Below, piece after piece: positions 43,540-52,778 of a stretch of DNA of 64,000 nucleotides. Within the stretch, counting starts at the first letter, position 1, and each line of letters opens with the position of its first letter. The notes beneath the pieces were generated by a model. That model ran no database searches, was not told the DNA's origin, and saw only the letters and a list, made by a program, of their open reading frames with translations. The DNA lies in the NCBI GenBank assembly GCA_934476455.1, contig CAKSNY010000005.1, positions 31,455-95,454 of the forward strand, given 5' to 3'. This stretch comes from an uncultured Clostridia bacterium (GTDB lineage: Bacteria > Bacillota > Clostridia > UMGS1883). The position numbers were made by a program, and so were the translations under genes.

Positions 43540-46500
43540 TTAATTGCTTGCCAAAACGCTGCCGTCTGCGGCGTATGCCGTAACAGCTGCCGAGTCTGCG
43601 GCTGTTTTAAGCGTCATTGTAAAGGTTTTCTCTTCGCCTGCCTTAAACAGCTTTGTAACGCCTGCCTGTGCATCTCCCGCTTTTGCCGCAACCTTAATTG
43701 TCTGCGCTGTGGAGGAGGTGTTTTTGCACACCGCCGTAACAACCATAATATTTCCTGTCTTTGAAGTTGTTTTTGTAACCTGTGCCGAAGCGGTTTCTGA
43801 AATTGTTACGGTAAGCGGGTTTGCAAGCGCCTTATTCGATGCCGAAACAACGTTTGCGGGAATTGTAAGGGTGTAATCGCCCAAAAGCTCCTTTGTATTT
43901 ACGGTAACCGTTTTCTTATCCTGTGAAAGCGAATATGTAAACGGATATTTTACGCCGCCCTTTGTCAGGGTAAGTGATGTAAGCGTGCGCGGCTCTACCG
44001 CTTCGCTGAAGGTTATCGTTTTTCCACTTGCAGCCGCCGTCATGGGCGTTTGTTTAACGGCATAAAACCTGTCAATAAATGTTACGGCTGCGCTTTCGCT
44101 GCTTGCAGTGTTTTTGCATGCCGCACCAAGTACAACATAGCTTACCTTTGTCATATTATATGCGCTGTCGGCATAGTCGTTTACAGCCTGACCGAGTGCG
44201 TACGGTCCGCCCTCGTATGTGTTCGTGCCGTCTGTCACCTTATAGCTGTACGTGTCAACGGTTTTTGCATCGCCGTCTATATTTACGCTTATTCTTATTG
44301 TATACCATGCGTTTGTATCAAGGTCGCAGATTTTAACCTTTCCGGGGTAATAGTATTTTCCGGATATTGCTGACGGGAAGTCTGCTGTTTTCGCATAAAG
44401 GGCGCCGTCTTCAGCCCAAACGGTTTTTGTATAAGAATAAGGATAAATTTCGTTGCCCTTATCCGTTACAAATGCTATCGGGAAATATTTTGCAGAAGCC
44501 TCTGTCATTTTAAAGGTACCCTCAATTATATAATTTCCCGCCGTCATTTTCTCGTTTTGGTATCTTATATTTGTAAGATTGCCGTCAATTCCGTAGTTTG
44601 ACACAAGCTTCAGCGCCGTGCGTGTGTCCTCGGTTACTGCGGTAATTGCCCCGCTTTCGCCTGTCTGCGCATAACCGTTTGATGTACCCGGCAATTCTGC
44701 GCAGTCATTATATACAATATAGTCGGGCGCCTGCGCCGTTGTAAAGGAAATCGTCTTTGCGGCGCTTACGGAGACGTTTTTGCTGTCAACCACGTTTTTG
44801 GGAATATTTATCACGTAATTTGCACTTCCGGACAAAACACCGCCCTGCGGCACAATTTTAAGCGTCTTTTTATCTTCCGAAAGCGTGTTTGTTGTGCTGA
44901 CCTGTGCGCCATCCTTTGTAAGCGTTACAAGCTCCTTTGAAAAATCGCCCAACGCCCTGTCGAAAGTAACCGACAGTGTTTTTGAAACATCCACATCTGT
45001 TTCGTTGTTTGCAACCGATGTGCTTTCAACCGAAAGCGGTGTGCCTACGCCGTCAAGCTTAAAATTATCCATTTCCACGCTTGCGGTAACACTGTTTTTA
45101 TATGCTATTGCATTACCGAGGTTTATGCCCGTGATGTTCGTCATATTAAAGCTGTCCTGGTCGGACGCGTTGTAATGCAAAGCATGACCGAGCGCATACG
45201 GACCGCCTACATAGTTTTGTGTACCGTCGTCTATGACATAGCTGTATGTGTCATAGGTGGCGCTGTCACCGTCTACATTTATTGTAACGCTTATGTTGTA
45301 GGTCTTTGTGCTGTCTATATCTGCAATATAGGTATACGCACCGCTTGCCGCTGTATCAAACCCGGGGTGTCCCGTCCACGAATATTGGCTGTTTATGCCA
45401 TCCTTTCTTGTCCATGCGTACAGCTTTCCGTTTGATGCAACTATATTTACTGCACTGTAACGGTAGTTTCCCTGTGACTTATTCGTTTGAAATGTAATCG
45501 GCGCATAAACTGCGTCTGTCAGCTGGTTAAACTTAAAATCTGCGCTTACGGTGTAATTGCCTTTATTAAATGTATTCGTAAAGTCAGGTCCTTCTGCTGC
45601 ATTTTTAATGCGTCCGAAGTTGCTTGCAGATGTTGTTTTTGCCACCGTTCCTTTATCTGATGTTCCTTTTGCTACCGATACACCGTTCTCCCACGGGAAC
45701 GTAAATTTTCCGCTGTTTGAGTTATTATAGCTTACATCACTGCCGTAATTAAGCGTTGTACTATAAAGGGTTTTGCTTTCAAATTCGCTTGTATCATCGG
45801 TTGTGTATATTAAAATGTCCTTCATGAATACATCGCCGAAGCCCGGGTCGTCTGCCCCCTCAATGCCTTTCGCCGTTACATAGCCCACAGCTATTGTGTC
45901 AAGCGAGGTGATTTTTGTATTTTTAAATCCCCAGTTCATTGCCGGTATACCAAGCTTAAGCGTATTTGCCGAGGTGTATTCCTTAGCGCCGTCTGTTACA
46001 TACACCTTATAGGTTGCTTCATTTGTTCCGGTTTGGTCGTAATTTACAAGCATTTTTACCGTATACCACACATCGGGCTTTACAGCACAAATCTTTTCCT
46101 TTGTTGTATCGTCCTGATTAACCTGATTTCCGTTATATCCGCTGTTATCACGTGTTGCATAGAGTACGCCGTCCTGAATGTAAACCGTCTTTGATACATT
46201 GTTTATGTCTTTTGCACCGTTGTAAAACGACACAGGTATGTACAATACGCCCGCGTTTACCTTTTTAAGCTTAAATTTATAGCTTACAACGGCGCCCGAC
46301 GGGATTTTGCCGCCCGTAATATTGGCGCTTCTTAAATAATACACATTCGAGTTTCCCGTTCCCTTATAAAACATTTCCTGCGCCTTTTCCTCTGCACTGT
46401 ATACAAGGCTTGAAGAATCGGAATGCGGTCCGTAAGTAAAGGTTGAATTTGGATTATCGGCGCCGGCAACATATATTGCGCCGCTGTCAAGCGGCTGTGA

Positions 46501-46596
46501 CGCAAGCACCGTCTGTGTGCTTGCAAAAGACGGCACGGCAATAATTGCGGCTGTCATTACAAGCGCCGTAAAAATCGATAATAATTTTTTTACCAT
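43540..46596 (-). CDS. Secreted 1018-aa surface/binding protein with three related beta-sandwich modules and SbsA-type Ig-like domains. No catalytic or anchor motif is recognisable.
   Basis: Signal peptide MVKKLLSIFTALVMTAAIIAVPSFAST. Repeated modules include TYNISVTINVDGDSATYDTYSYVIDDGTQNYVGGPYALGHA and WYTIRISVNIDGDAKTVDTYSYKVTDGTNTYEGGPYALGQA. An Ig-like segment is LSVESTSVANNETDVDVSKTLSVTFDRAL. Confidence 0.8.
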   Translation of the reverse strand: MVKKLLSIFTALVMTAAIIAVPSFASTQTVLASQPLDSGAIYVAGADNPNSTFTYGPHSDSSSLVYSAEEKAQEMFYKGTGNSNVYYLRSANITGGKIPSGAVVSYKFKLKKVNAGVLYIPVSFYNGAKDINNVSKTVYIQDGVLYATRDNSGYNGNQVNQDDTTKEKICAVKPDVWYTVKMLVNYDQTGTNEATYKVYVTDGAKEYTSANTLKLGIPAMNWGFKNTKITSLDTIAVGYVTAKGIEGADDPGFGDVFMKDILIYTTDDTSEFESKTLYSTTLNYGSDVSYNNSNSGKFTFPWENGVSVAKGTSDKGTVAKTTSASNFGRIKNAAEGPDFTNTFNKGNYTVSADFKFNQLTDAVYAPITFQTNKSQGNYRYSAVNIVASNGKLYAWTRKDGINSQYSWTGHPGFDTAASGAYTYIADIDSTKTYNISVTINVDGDSATYDTYSYVIDDGTQNYVGGPYALGHALHYNASDQDSFNMTNITGINLGNAIAYKNSVTASVEMDNFKLDGVGTPLSVESTSVANNETDVDVSKTLSVTFDRALGDFSKELVTLTKDGAQVSTTNTLSEDKKTLKIVPQGGVLSGSANYVINIPKNVVDSKNVSVSAAKTISFTTAQAPDYIVYNDCAELPGTSNGYAQTGESGAITAVTEDTRTALKLVSNYGIDGNLTNIRYQNEKMTAGNYIIEGTFKMTEASAKYFPIAFVTDKGNEIYPYSYTKTVWAEDGALYAKTADFPSAISGKYYYPGKVKICDLDTNAWYTIRISVNIDGDAKTVDTYSYKVTDGTNTYEGGPYALGQAVNDYADSAYNMTKVSYVVLGAACKNTASSESAAVTFIDRFYAVKQTPMTAAASGKTITFSEAVEPRTLTSLTLTKGGVKYPFTYSLSQDKKTVTVNTKELLGDYTLTIPANVVSASNKALANPLTVTISETASAQVTKTTSKTGNIMVVTAVCKNTSSTAQTIKVAAKAGDAQAGVTKLFKAGEEKTFTMTLKTAADSAAVTAYAADGSVLASN

Positions 46597-46620
46597 TTTT
46601 ACATCTCCTTTTATTTGTTT

Positions 46621-48054
46621 TTATTTTTTATTTTTCATAAACTCGTCAACCTGGCGCTGAATTTCCTTCTTTATTTTTTCAGAGCCTGCGTCTTCAAGCT
46701 TTTTGCGGTGTTTCTCCCACGATTCCTCCGTGTAGTTGTAAAGCACATAGGACGAGCTTACAGCCGATACCGCGGAAATTTCGTTTTTAATGGGTGTAAT
46801 GTCCAGGTTAAAGCCGATAAGCGGAGAAAGGATGGCTTCGTTATTTTGCTTTTCCGTCTGCTCCCAAACGTCGTCCTCCTGCCCTTCCATTACAAGGGCG
46901 TTAAACTGGTTGCCGAACTTCCAGCTTGCGTTCGGGGTGTAGCCGCTGTTTTGTGTAAGAACAACCTTGTTTTCGTTATTCAAGGTGTAGTGCTTGCCCT
47001 CTATACCGAAGCAAATAAGGTTATAAAGCTCCTTGTCGGTATTTAAAAGGCTTATAAACTTAACCGCTTTTTCCGGATTTTTGGAATTTCTGCCTACGGC
47101 AATCATTGTTTTAGCGCCGCCGTCACGGAACATATAGGGCTTGTTCCATGCGACATATTCCACCTCCTGACCTATGGTGTTTTTAACCTCTGCCAAAACG
47201 CCGGGCTTATACCCCTCGCACGCTACGGCATATTTGCCCTGGCTGTAATCGAGCGTATCGTCGCTGAGCCCTACAATATCCTGTCTTATATATCCTTTCT
47301 TAAGCCAGTCGCGGAAGGTAAGCACGCCCTCTTTCCATTCCGGCGTATCGTAGATAAAGAATACCTCGCTTGAAGAGCCGTCCGTTCTTATTGCAACGTT
47401 GGACTGTATAACCTCATACTTGCCCTCAAAAAACAGCCATACGCCCCAGTTGTTACGAAACGGAATAACGTTTTTTCCCTCTCCGTTTTTAACCATTTCC
47501 AAAAACGGCTCTATATCCTTTGCGCATTTCACGCTGCCAAAGTCAAAATCGTATTTATCGGCATAGCGCTTTTGTACGGTAAAGCCGACGGGAAGCGCAA
47601 ATATCTGCAAATTGGGCACCGCGTATATACGGTCGTTATTGCGTGCAAACTCCCACGCGTATTCGGGCAGCGCGTCGTAAAGCTCGGGCGCTTCCTTTGC
47701 AATAATATCCGTAATATCCAAAAGCCCCTCGTTTGATACGGCGCTGCTGTACGGATTTACAAACCCCGTAAAGCACAAATCAAACGGCTCTCCCGCTGCC
47801 ATATTCATACGCATTTTTTCGCTGAACGAGCCTGTGTCCACAAACTGCAAATTGATTTTTGCACCGATTTTCTTTTCCGTGATTTCGTTCACCTTGCTTA
47901 TTACGCTTTCAATGTCCGACTGCTTGTCACCCGGAACATACCACGTAAGCGTGGGCACAGAATCCTTTGACGCTTTTTTCCCGCAGCCCGTAAATGCCGC
48001 AAGCGATACAAGCATTACAAGCGCAAGAATTGAAGATAAAACCTTTTTTTTCAT
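46621..48054 (-). CDS. ABC transporter extracellular sugar-binding lipoprotein.
   Basis: MKKKVLSSILALVMLVSLAAFTGC (lipobox FTGC). 477 aa. It is followed by two permease genes. Confidence 0.88.
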   Translation of the reverse strand: MKKKVLSSILALVMLVSLAAFTGCGKKASKDSVPTLTWYVPGDKQSDIESVISKVNEITEKKIGAKINLQFVDTGSFSEKMRMNMAAGEPFDLCFTGFVNPYSSAVSNEGLLDITDIIAKEAPELYDALPEYAWEFARNNDRIYAVPNLQIFALPVGFTVQKRYADKYDFDFGSVKCAKDIEPFLEMVKNGEGKNVIPFRNNWGVWLFFEGKYEVIQSNVAIRTDGSSSEVFFIYDTPEWKEGVLTFRDWLKKGYIRQDIVGLSDDTLDYSQGKYAVACEGYKPGVLAEVKNTIGQEVEYVAWNKPYMFRDGGAKTMIAVGRNSKNPEKAVKFISLLNTDKELYNLICFGIEGKHYTLNNENKVVLTQNSGYTPNASWKFGNQFNALVMEGQEDDVWEQTEKQNNEAILSPLIGFNLDITPIKNEISAVSAVSSSYVLYNYTEESWEKHRKKLEDAGSEKIKKEIQRQVDEFMKNKK

Positions 48055-48092
48055 TATCTCTTTCCTTTCTTATATGTATAAATTTAAATTTA

Positions 48093-48977
48093 TTAACCCT
48101 TTACCGAGCCTACCGTAAGACCCTTTACAAAGTATTTCTGGAAGAACGGAAATACCACCAATGCGGGACCTGCAACAAGCACCGCCGTTGCCATACGTAC
48201 CGTTTCCGAGGGGATTTCCTCCGCCGACATAAGGTTTGCCATATTGTTCATTGTGCTGTCTTGTAAAAGCTTTATATTGTTCATTACCCTTTGCAAAAGG
48301 TATTGTAAGCTTACGAGAGAGTCGTCGTTAATATAAAGCATTGCCTCGTACCAGCAGTTCCATTTTGCCAGGAATACGAACAGCGCCACCGTAGCAAGCA
48401 CCGGCTTTGAAAGCGGAAGTATCATTATAAAAAGTATTTTATATTCGCTTGCGCCGTCAAGCACGGCAGATTCCACAATTTCCTCCGGTATGCCCGCAAA
48501 GAACGTACGTATCATAAATATGTACCACGGGTTTATCAGCGACGGCAGTATATATACCCAAATTGTGTCGTTAAGGTGCAGATACTGCGTAAGCAAAATA
48601 TACGTAGGCACCAAGCCGCCTGAAAACAGCATTGTAAAATACAGGTAAAACGATATACCGCTGCGCCCGCGCATTTCCTTTCTTGTAAGCGGATACGCTA
48701 TAAGCGACATCAAAAGCAGCGACAAAACCATAGACACAACCGAAAATATAAACGTAACCTTATACGCATTTATAATGGACTGCGGGTTTTTAAACAAATA
48801 CTTGTACGCCGAAAAATCAACATTCATAGGCAGTATTTTATAGCCGAAGTTTGATATGTCCTGCTCGCGCGAGAGCGACACGCTGACAATCATTATAAAC
48901 GGCACCAGTATTAAAACACACGCAACCGCAAAGTAAAGCGTTATAATAAAGCGCGACCTTTTTCCCGATTTTTCCAT
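48093..48977 (-). CDS. Carbohydrate ABC transporter permease (LplC-like).
   Basis: 294 aa and multi-TM. The EAA loop is IVESAVLDGASEYKILFMIILPLS. It is a paralog of 15678-16553. Confidence 0.9.
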   Translation of the reverse strand: MEKSGKRSRFIITLYFAVACVLILVPFIMIVSVSLSREQDISNFGYKILPMNVDFSAYKYLFKNPQSIINAYKVTFIFSVVSMVLSLLLMSLIAYPLTRKEMRGRSGISFYLYFTMLFSGGLVPTYILLTQYLHLNDTIWVYILPSLINPWYIFMIRTFFAGIPEEIVESAVLDGASEYKILFIMILPLSKPVLATVALFVFLAKWNCWYEAMLYINDDSLVSLQYLLQRVMNNIKLLQDSTMNNMANLMSAEEIPSETVRMATAVLVAGPALVVFPFFQKYFVKGLTVGSVKG

Positions 48978-48991
48978 TTACATACACCTCC

Positions 48992-49918
48992 TTAAAACAA
49001 CGCCCTGTCGGGGTCTATTTTTCTGCTTATCGTATTTGTTATCATTACCATAATAAAGCCCACAACAGACTGCAAAAGACCTACCGCAGAGCCCATGCCC
49101 ATATCGCCTATCTCGCGCAATGCACGGAAAATATAGGTGTCTACAACGTCTGTCGTTTGATAAAGCGCGCCGCTGTCACGCGGGAGCTGGTAAAACATTC
49201 CGAAATCCGCACGGAAAATGTTTCCTATTTTAAGTATGGTAAGAATACTTATAAGCGGAACCATTGTCGGAATAATTACGTGGCGTATAATCTGGCGGTT
49301 GTTTGCGCCGTCTATCTCGCCCGCCTCTATTATGGAGGAATCTATTCCCATAAGTGCGGCATAGTAGGTTATGCTGTCCATACCCACCGATTTCCACAGG
49401 TACACTATAACAAATATCACCGGCCAGGGCTTGGGGTCTGAGTACCAGTCCACAGAGTCCATCCCTGCATTTGTAAGCCATGTGTTTAATATACCGAAAC
49501 GCGTATTTAAAAACCCGTACAGCATATAAGAGGCTATAACCCACGACACAAAGTGCGGTGTGATAAATATTGTCTGAATTGTTTTTATTGTGTTTCTGTG
49601 GTTAAGCTGATACAAAAGTATCGCCACCAAAAGCGACATTATTGTGCCGGTAAGTATAAACAGCGCGTTTAAATAAAGCGTGTTAAACGTTATCCTTGCA
49701 AACTCTGTCGATTTGAAAAAGAATTTAAAATTGTCAAAGCCAACCCATTTGCTCCCGAAAACGCCTGTCGAGTAGCGGTAATCTTTAAATGCAATGATAA
49801 TTCCGGCCATCGGCAGATAGTTAAATATCAAAACCAAAAGCATAGGAAGCAGACACATTGAAAAAAGCTGAAGCTCGCGCTTGTTTACCTTTTTCCCTTT
49901 TACCTTGTTTTTACGCAT
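48992..49918 (-). CDS. Carbohydrate ABC transporter permease (LplB-like).
   Basis: ATG 49918 is preceded by AAGGAGAG and gives MRKNKVKGKKVNKRELQLFSMCLLP. The EAA loop is IIEAGEIDGANNRQIIRHVIIPTM. The ORF-track start at 50038 would overlap the upstream gene. Confidence 0.9.
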   Translation of the reverse strand: MRKNKVKGKKVNKRELQLFSMCLLPMLLVLIFNYLPMAGIIIAFKDYRYSTGVFGSKWVGFDNFKFFFKSTEFARITFNTLYLNALFILTGTIMSLLVAILLYQLNHRNTIKTIQTIFITPHFVSWVIASYMLYGFLNTRFGILNTWLTNAGMDSVDWYSDPKPWPVIFVIVYLWKSVGMDSITYYAALMGIDSSIIEAGEIDGANNRQIIRHVIIPTMVPLISILTILKIGNIFRADFGMFYQLPRDSGALYQTTDVVDTYIFRALREIGDMGMGSAVGLLQSVVGFIMVMITNTISRKIDPDRALF

Positions 49919-49941
49919 TTTTTTCTCTCCTTGATGAAAAT

Positions 49942-52773
49942 TTACCTGTAAACCACAAGCCCCTGGAACCACTGCCAGCTTATGTGTATAAAAACATCGT
50001 CGCCGCGGAAAACATCCTTTGAGGTTGCCCTTCTCCACGATTTTTCCGATGTGTCGAAAATAAGTACGTTTGCGTTCATCGTTGCGCCTATTTTCTTAAA
50101 TCCTGACGGCTGCGCCGGGTCGGGCGCTTCAAATACAACGGTGTTGCCGCTTTTTTCTATCACGGGGCGCAGCGTCATAAACATTTCACCGTGAACACGC
50201 GCCTCCCCGCCGGATTCGTCGCTGCTGCGCGTAAAATATGCCGGGGTGCCGTTATATATGCTGTCACTGTCAAGCAAAAATGCCACCTGGTATATCTCGC
50301 CCGAGGCGTTGGTGTTTACCGCAATTATGTCGCCGGGGCGAACATCGTCAAACGTTTTCGAGCCGCACCACGTTGTGTCCGTGCTTAAATTGTCGCTTAT
50401 GAAAGACTTATTTACGCTGCCCGTCATACTTACGTATTCTATTTGCTTTCGCATTTGCCCCTCATTTGTGTCAAGCGCATAGCGCACCGCCGTAACAAGG
50501 TTAGCCCTGTACGTTCCCATTGTTGCCGAAGTGCTTCCCGAGGTAAAACTTCCGCTGTGCTTTATCACGGCAACGCCTATGGAATAGTTTTCGTCCGCGT
50601 CGTAAATTTCAACATTTGCATACTTTGCCGTGTTATATGAAAGCGAGCTGCGGTCCGTTACAAGGCAATTTTTAGAGTCCGTCGGGTCGGATTCCGTAAA
50701 TCCGTCCTCAACGGTCAGTATAACAAGCGTATCCGCCGTCATATTATACAGTTCGCCGTAGCGGTAGTTGTAATTGTTATACGCCTTTGTAAGAACACAG
50801 TCACGCGAGAAATGCTCTGTATCTACGCCTTTATCGTCGTTTATTTTCGGCAGGAAAATTTCGTCTAACGTGCCGTCCTCCGTAAGGGTGTATTTTATCA
50901 GCATACGGTCGGAAAGAAGCGCAATTGCGTTTTCCGCAGACATTCTTTTTCCGTCAACCTTAAGCTCTGATTTTGAATATACCGCGACAGACTTTTTTTC
51001 GGGCTGCGCTATTCTAAGCCCTATTCTCTTTTTTACACCTTTTGTGTCAAGCACTGCCTTTAAAACATATCCGTATGTGCCGCTTAAGCCTTCCTTTATG
51101 CTTATATAGGCAATCCGCCCTGCGGCATCCGTTACGTATGTAGCCTTTTTGCCCACCGATACCGAGCCTGCCGAAACCATACTTGCGGTTTTATACGCAA
51201 TTTCGTCTATATATATGTTTTCCCCGTCCTTTGCCGTTACGGTTCCTTCCTTTACGCTGTCGGTTAAAATTATTTCATACCGCCCGCTTGCGCTGCGCGG
51301 TGTTATAACGGACAGGCAGTCGTACTCTTTTATTTCCGACATCTTAACGCTTCCGCCGCCGGGCGTGCGTATAATATAGTCGCGGTCTTTAAGGTCAAGC
51401 GTTTTTTGGTATTTGTCAAACACGCGTTCAGACTCTGCGCTTGCCGCCTCTGTTACATAGATGTCATACGCGGCGGCATTTAAAACGTCGTACACTCCGT
51501 CGCCGTCGTTATCCGTAAGGGCTATATATCCGTCGTCAAACACAAAATCCGCGTCTGTTGCAACGGAAAGATATGTGTTATTTTTTATATACGCCGCGGA
51601 AGCTGAAACCGTCAGCGTTTGCATCCCTTTATTTTTGTTATGCTTTACATATGCCCCTGCGCGCTGTACGTTTTTCACCTCGGTTACATCGGTTGCGTCA
51701 ATATATACCCTGTCTTTGTAATCGGGTATAAGCGCTAAGGCGGTGTCGTCCTTTGTGTAACATTCAACCGCACAGCCGAGCATGCCGTCGCCGTCAAAGT
51801 ACAAATCTTTATATATCTGCGAGTTTACGCATACCATATTGTCCGAGCATTTCCCCCCGCCGTAAGAGGAAAAGCGGTTTCCGTTTACAATGCCCTCCGT
51901 TTTATCTATACACATATAGCTTGAAAGCACCGTTTCGCCCGCTGTCGGGGCAAATTCAACCTTGTTTTCGCTTATCGTTTTTACAGAAAGTATTTCCACA
52001 TCCAAAAGCTCGTACAAAAGCTTTGCAAACGAAAGCCTTGTTACATTTCCCGAAAGGCTTTTTATGCTGTTTGAAAATACCTTTTTGTCGTACATAACGC
52101 GTACGTAACCGTTGGGGTAGCCGCCTTTTACCTTTGCGGCGTTTTCAAAGCCTATTACATACGTCATCATTTTTGCAAGCTGTTCGTAATTTACCGCGTC
52201 GTCCGGGTGAAACAGCCCGTCATCAGACCCTCGCACAAGCCCCATAACGTATGCCGCACGCACCGCCTGCGCGGCTTTATGCCCTTCGGGCAAATCGTCA
52301 AAAATTACGGTGTTTTGTATTTTCTCTGCCTGCGCCTTTGCCTCGGGGAACAAATCGGGATAGGTAAGCGTTGTTTTTATAACGCCGTCCTCGGTTTTTG
52401 TTTCCTCGGAAAAGCCGAACAGCTTTATAAGCGTTATAACCGCGTCGCCGCGCGTTACGGGCGCCTGCATATCCGAAAAGCTTAATTCGTCCCAGTCTGC
52501 AATGTTAAGCCTTTTTAAAAGCTTTATATACTTTTCGTCCTTTTCCGAAAATTCCGTTTTTGAGTTCTCCGGTGTTTTTTCAGTCTGCTTGTCATCGCCG
52601 CTTTCATCTTCGGGTGCTGTTTGGTCTTTCATCTCTTCTTCAAACTGTTCGCTTTCCATCTCCATCTGTCCTTCGGAAAGCTCGCCCTCGGCAAAGGCGT
52701 TTTTCTGCGGCACCGCACACTGCAGCATTGCCGCAAAAAGCAATATGCTTATTAGTTTTTTCAATCTTTCCAC
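49942..52773 (-). CDS. Secreted SLH-anchored protein, 943 aa, function unknown. Paralog of 4293-6965.
   Basis: Signal peptide (M)KKLISILLFAAMLQCAVPQKNAFA. The start is either GTG 52773 or TTG 52764. It has an acidic low-complexity stretch, then SLH repeats (VTRGDAVITLIKLFGF; HKAAQAVRAAYVMGLVRGSDDGLFHPDDAVNYEQLAKMMTYVIGF; GYPNGYVRVMYDKKVF). The C-terminal similarity to the 890-aa protein includes GDDVFIHISWQ vs GQDVFVWQRY. Confidence 0.85.
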   Translation of the reverse strand: MERLKKLISILLFAAMLQCAVPQKNAFAEGELSEGQMEMESEQFEEEMKDQTAPEDESGDDKQTEKTPENSKTEFSEKDEKYIKLLKRLNIADWDELSFSDMQAPVTRGDAVITLIKLFGFSEETKTEDGVIKTTLTYPDLFPEAKAQAEKIQNTVIFDDLPEGHKAAQAVRAAYVMGLVRGSDDGLFHPDDAVNYEQLAKMMTYVIGFENAAKVKGGYPNGYVRVMYDKKVFSNSIKSLSGNVTRLSFAKLLYELLDVEILSVKTISENKVEFAPTAGETVLSSYMCIDKTEGIVNGNRFSSYGGGKCSDNMVCVNSQIYKDLYFDGDGMLGCAVECYTKDDTALALIPDYKDRVYIDATDVTEVKNVQRAGAYVKHNKNKGMQTLTVSASAAYIKNNTYLSVATDADFVFDDGYIALTDNDGDGVYDVLNAAAYDIYVTEAASAESERVFDKYQKTLDLKDRDYIIRTPGGGSVKMSEIKEYDCLSVITPRSASGRYEIILTDSVKEGTVTAKDGENIYIDEIAYKTASMVSAGSVSVGKKATYVTDAAGRIAYISIKEGLSGTYGYVLKAVLDTKGVKKRIGLRIAQPEKKSVAVYSKSELKVDGKRMSAENAIALLSDRMLIKYTLTEDGTLDEIFLPKINDDKGVDTEHFSRDCVLTKAYNNYNYRYGELYNMTADTLVILTVEDGFTESDPTDSKNCLVTDRSSLSYNTAKYANVEIYDADENYSIGVAVIKHSGSFTSGSTSATMGTYRANLVTAVRYALDTNEGQMRKQIEYVSMTGSVNKSFISDNLSTDTTWCGSKTFDDVRPGDIIAVNTNASGEIYQVAFLLDSDSIYNGTPAYFTRSSDESGGEARVHGEMFMTLRPVIEKSGNTVVFEAPDPAQPSGFKKIGATMNANVLIFDTSEKSWRRATSKDVFRGDDVFIHISWQWFQGLVVYR

Positions 52774-52778
52774 CTGCC

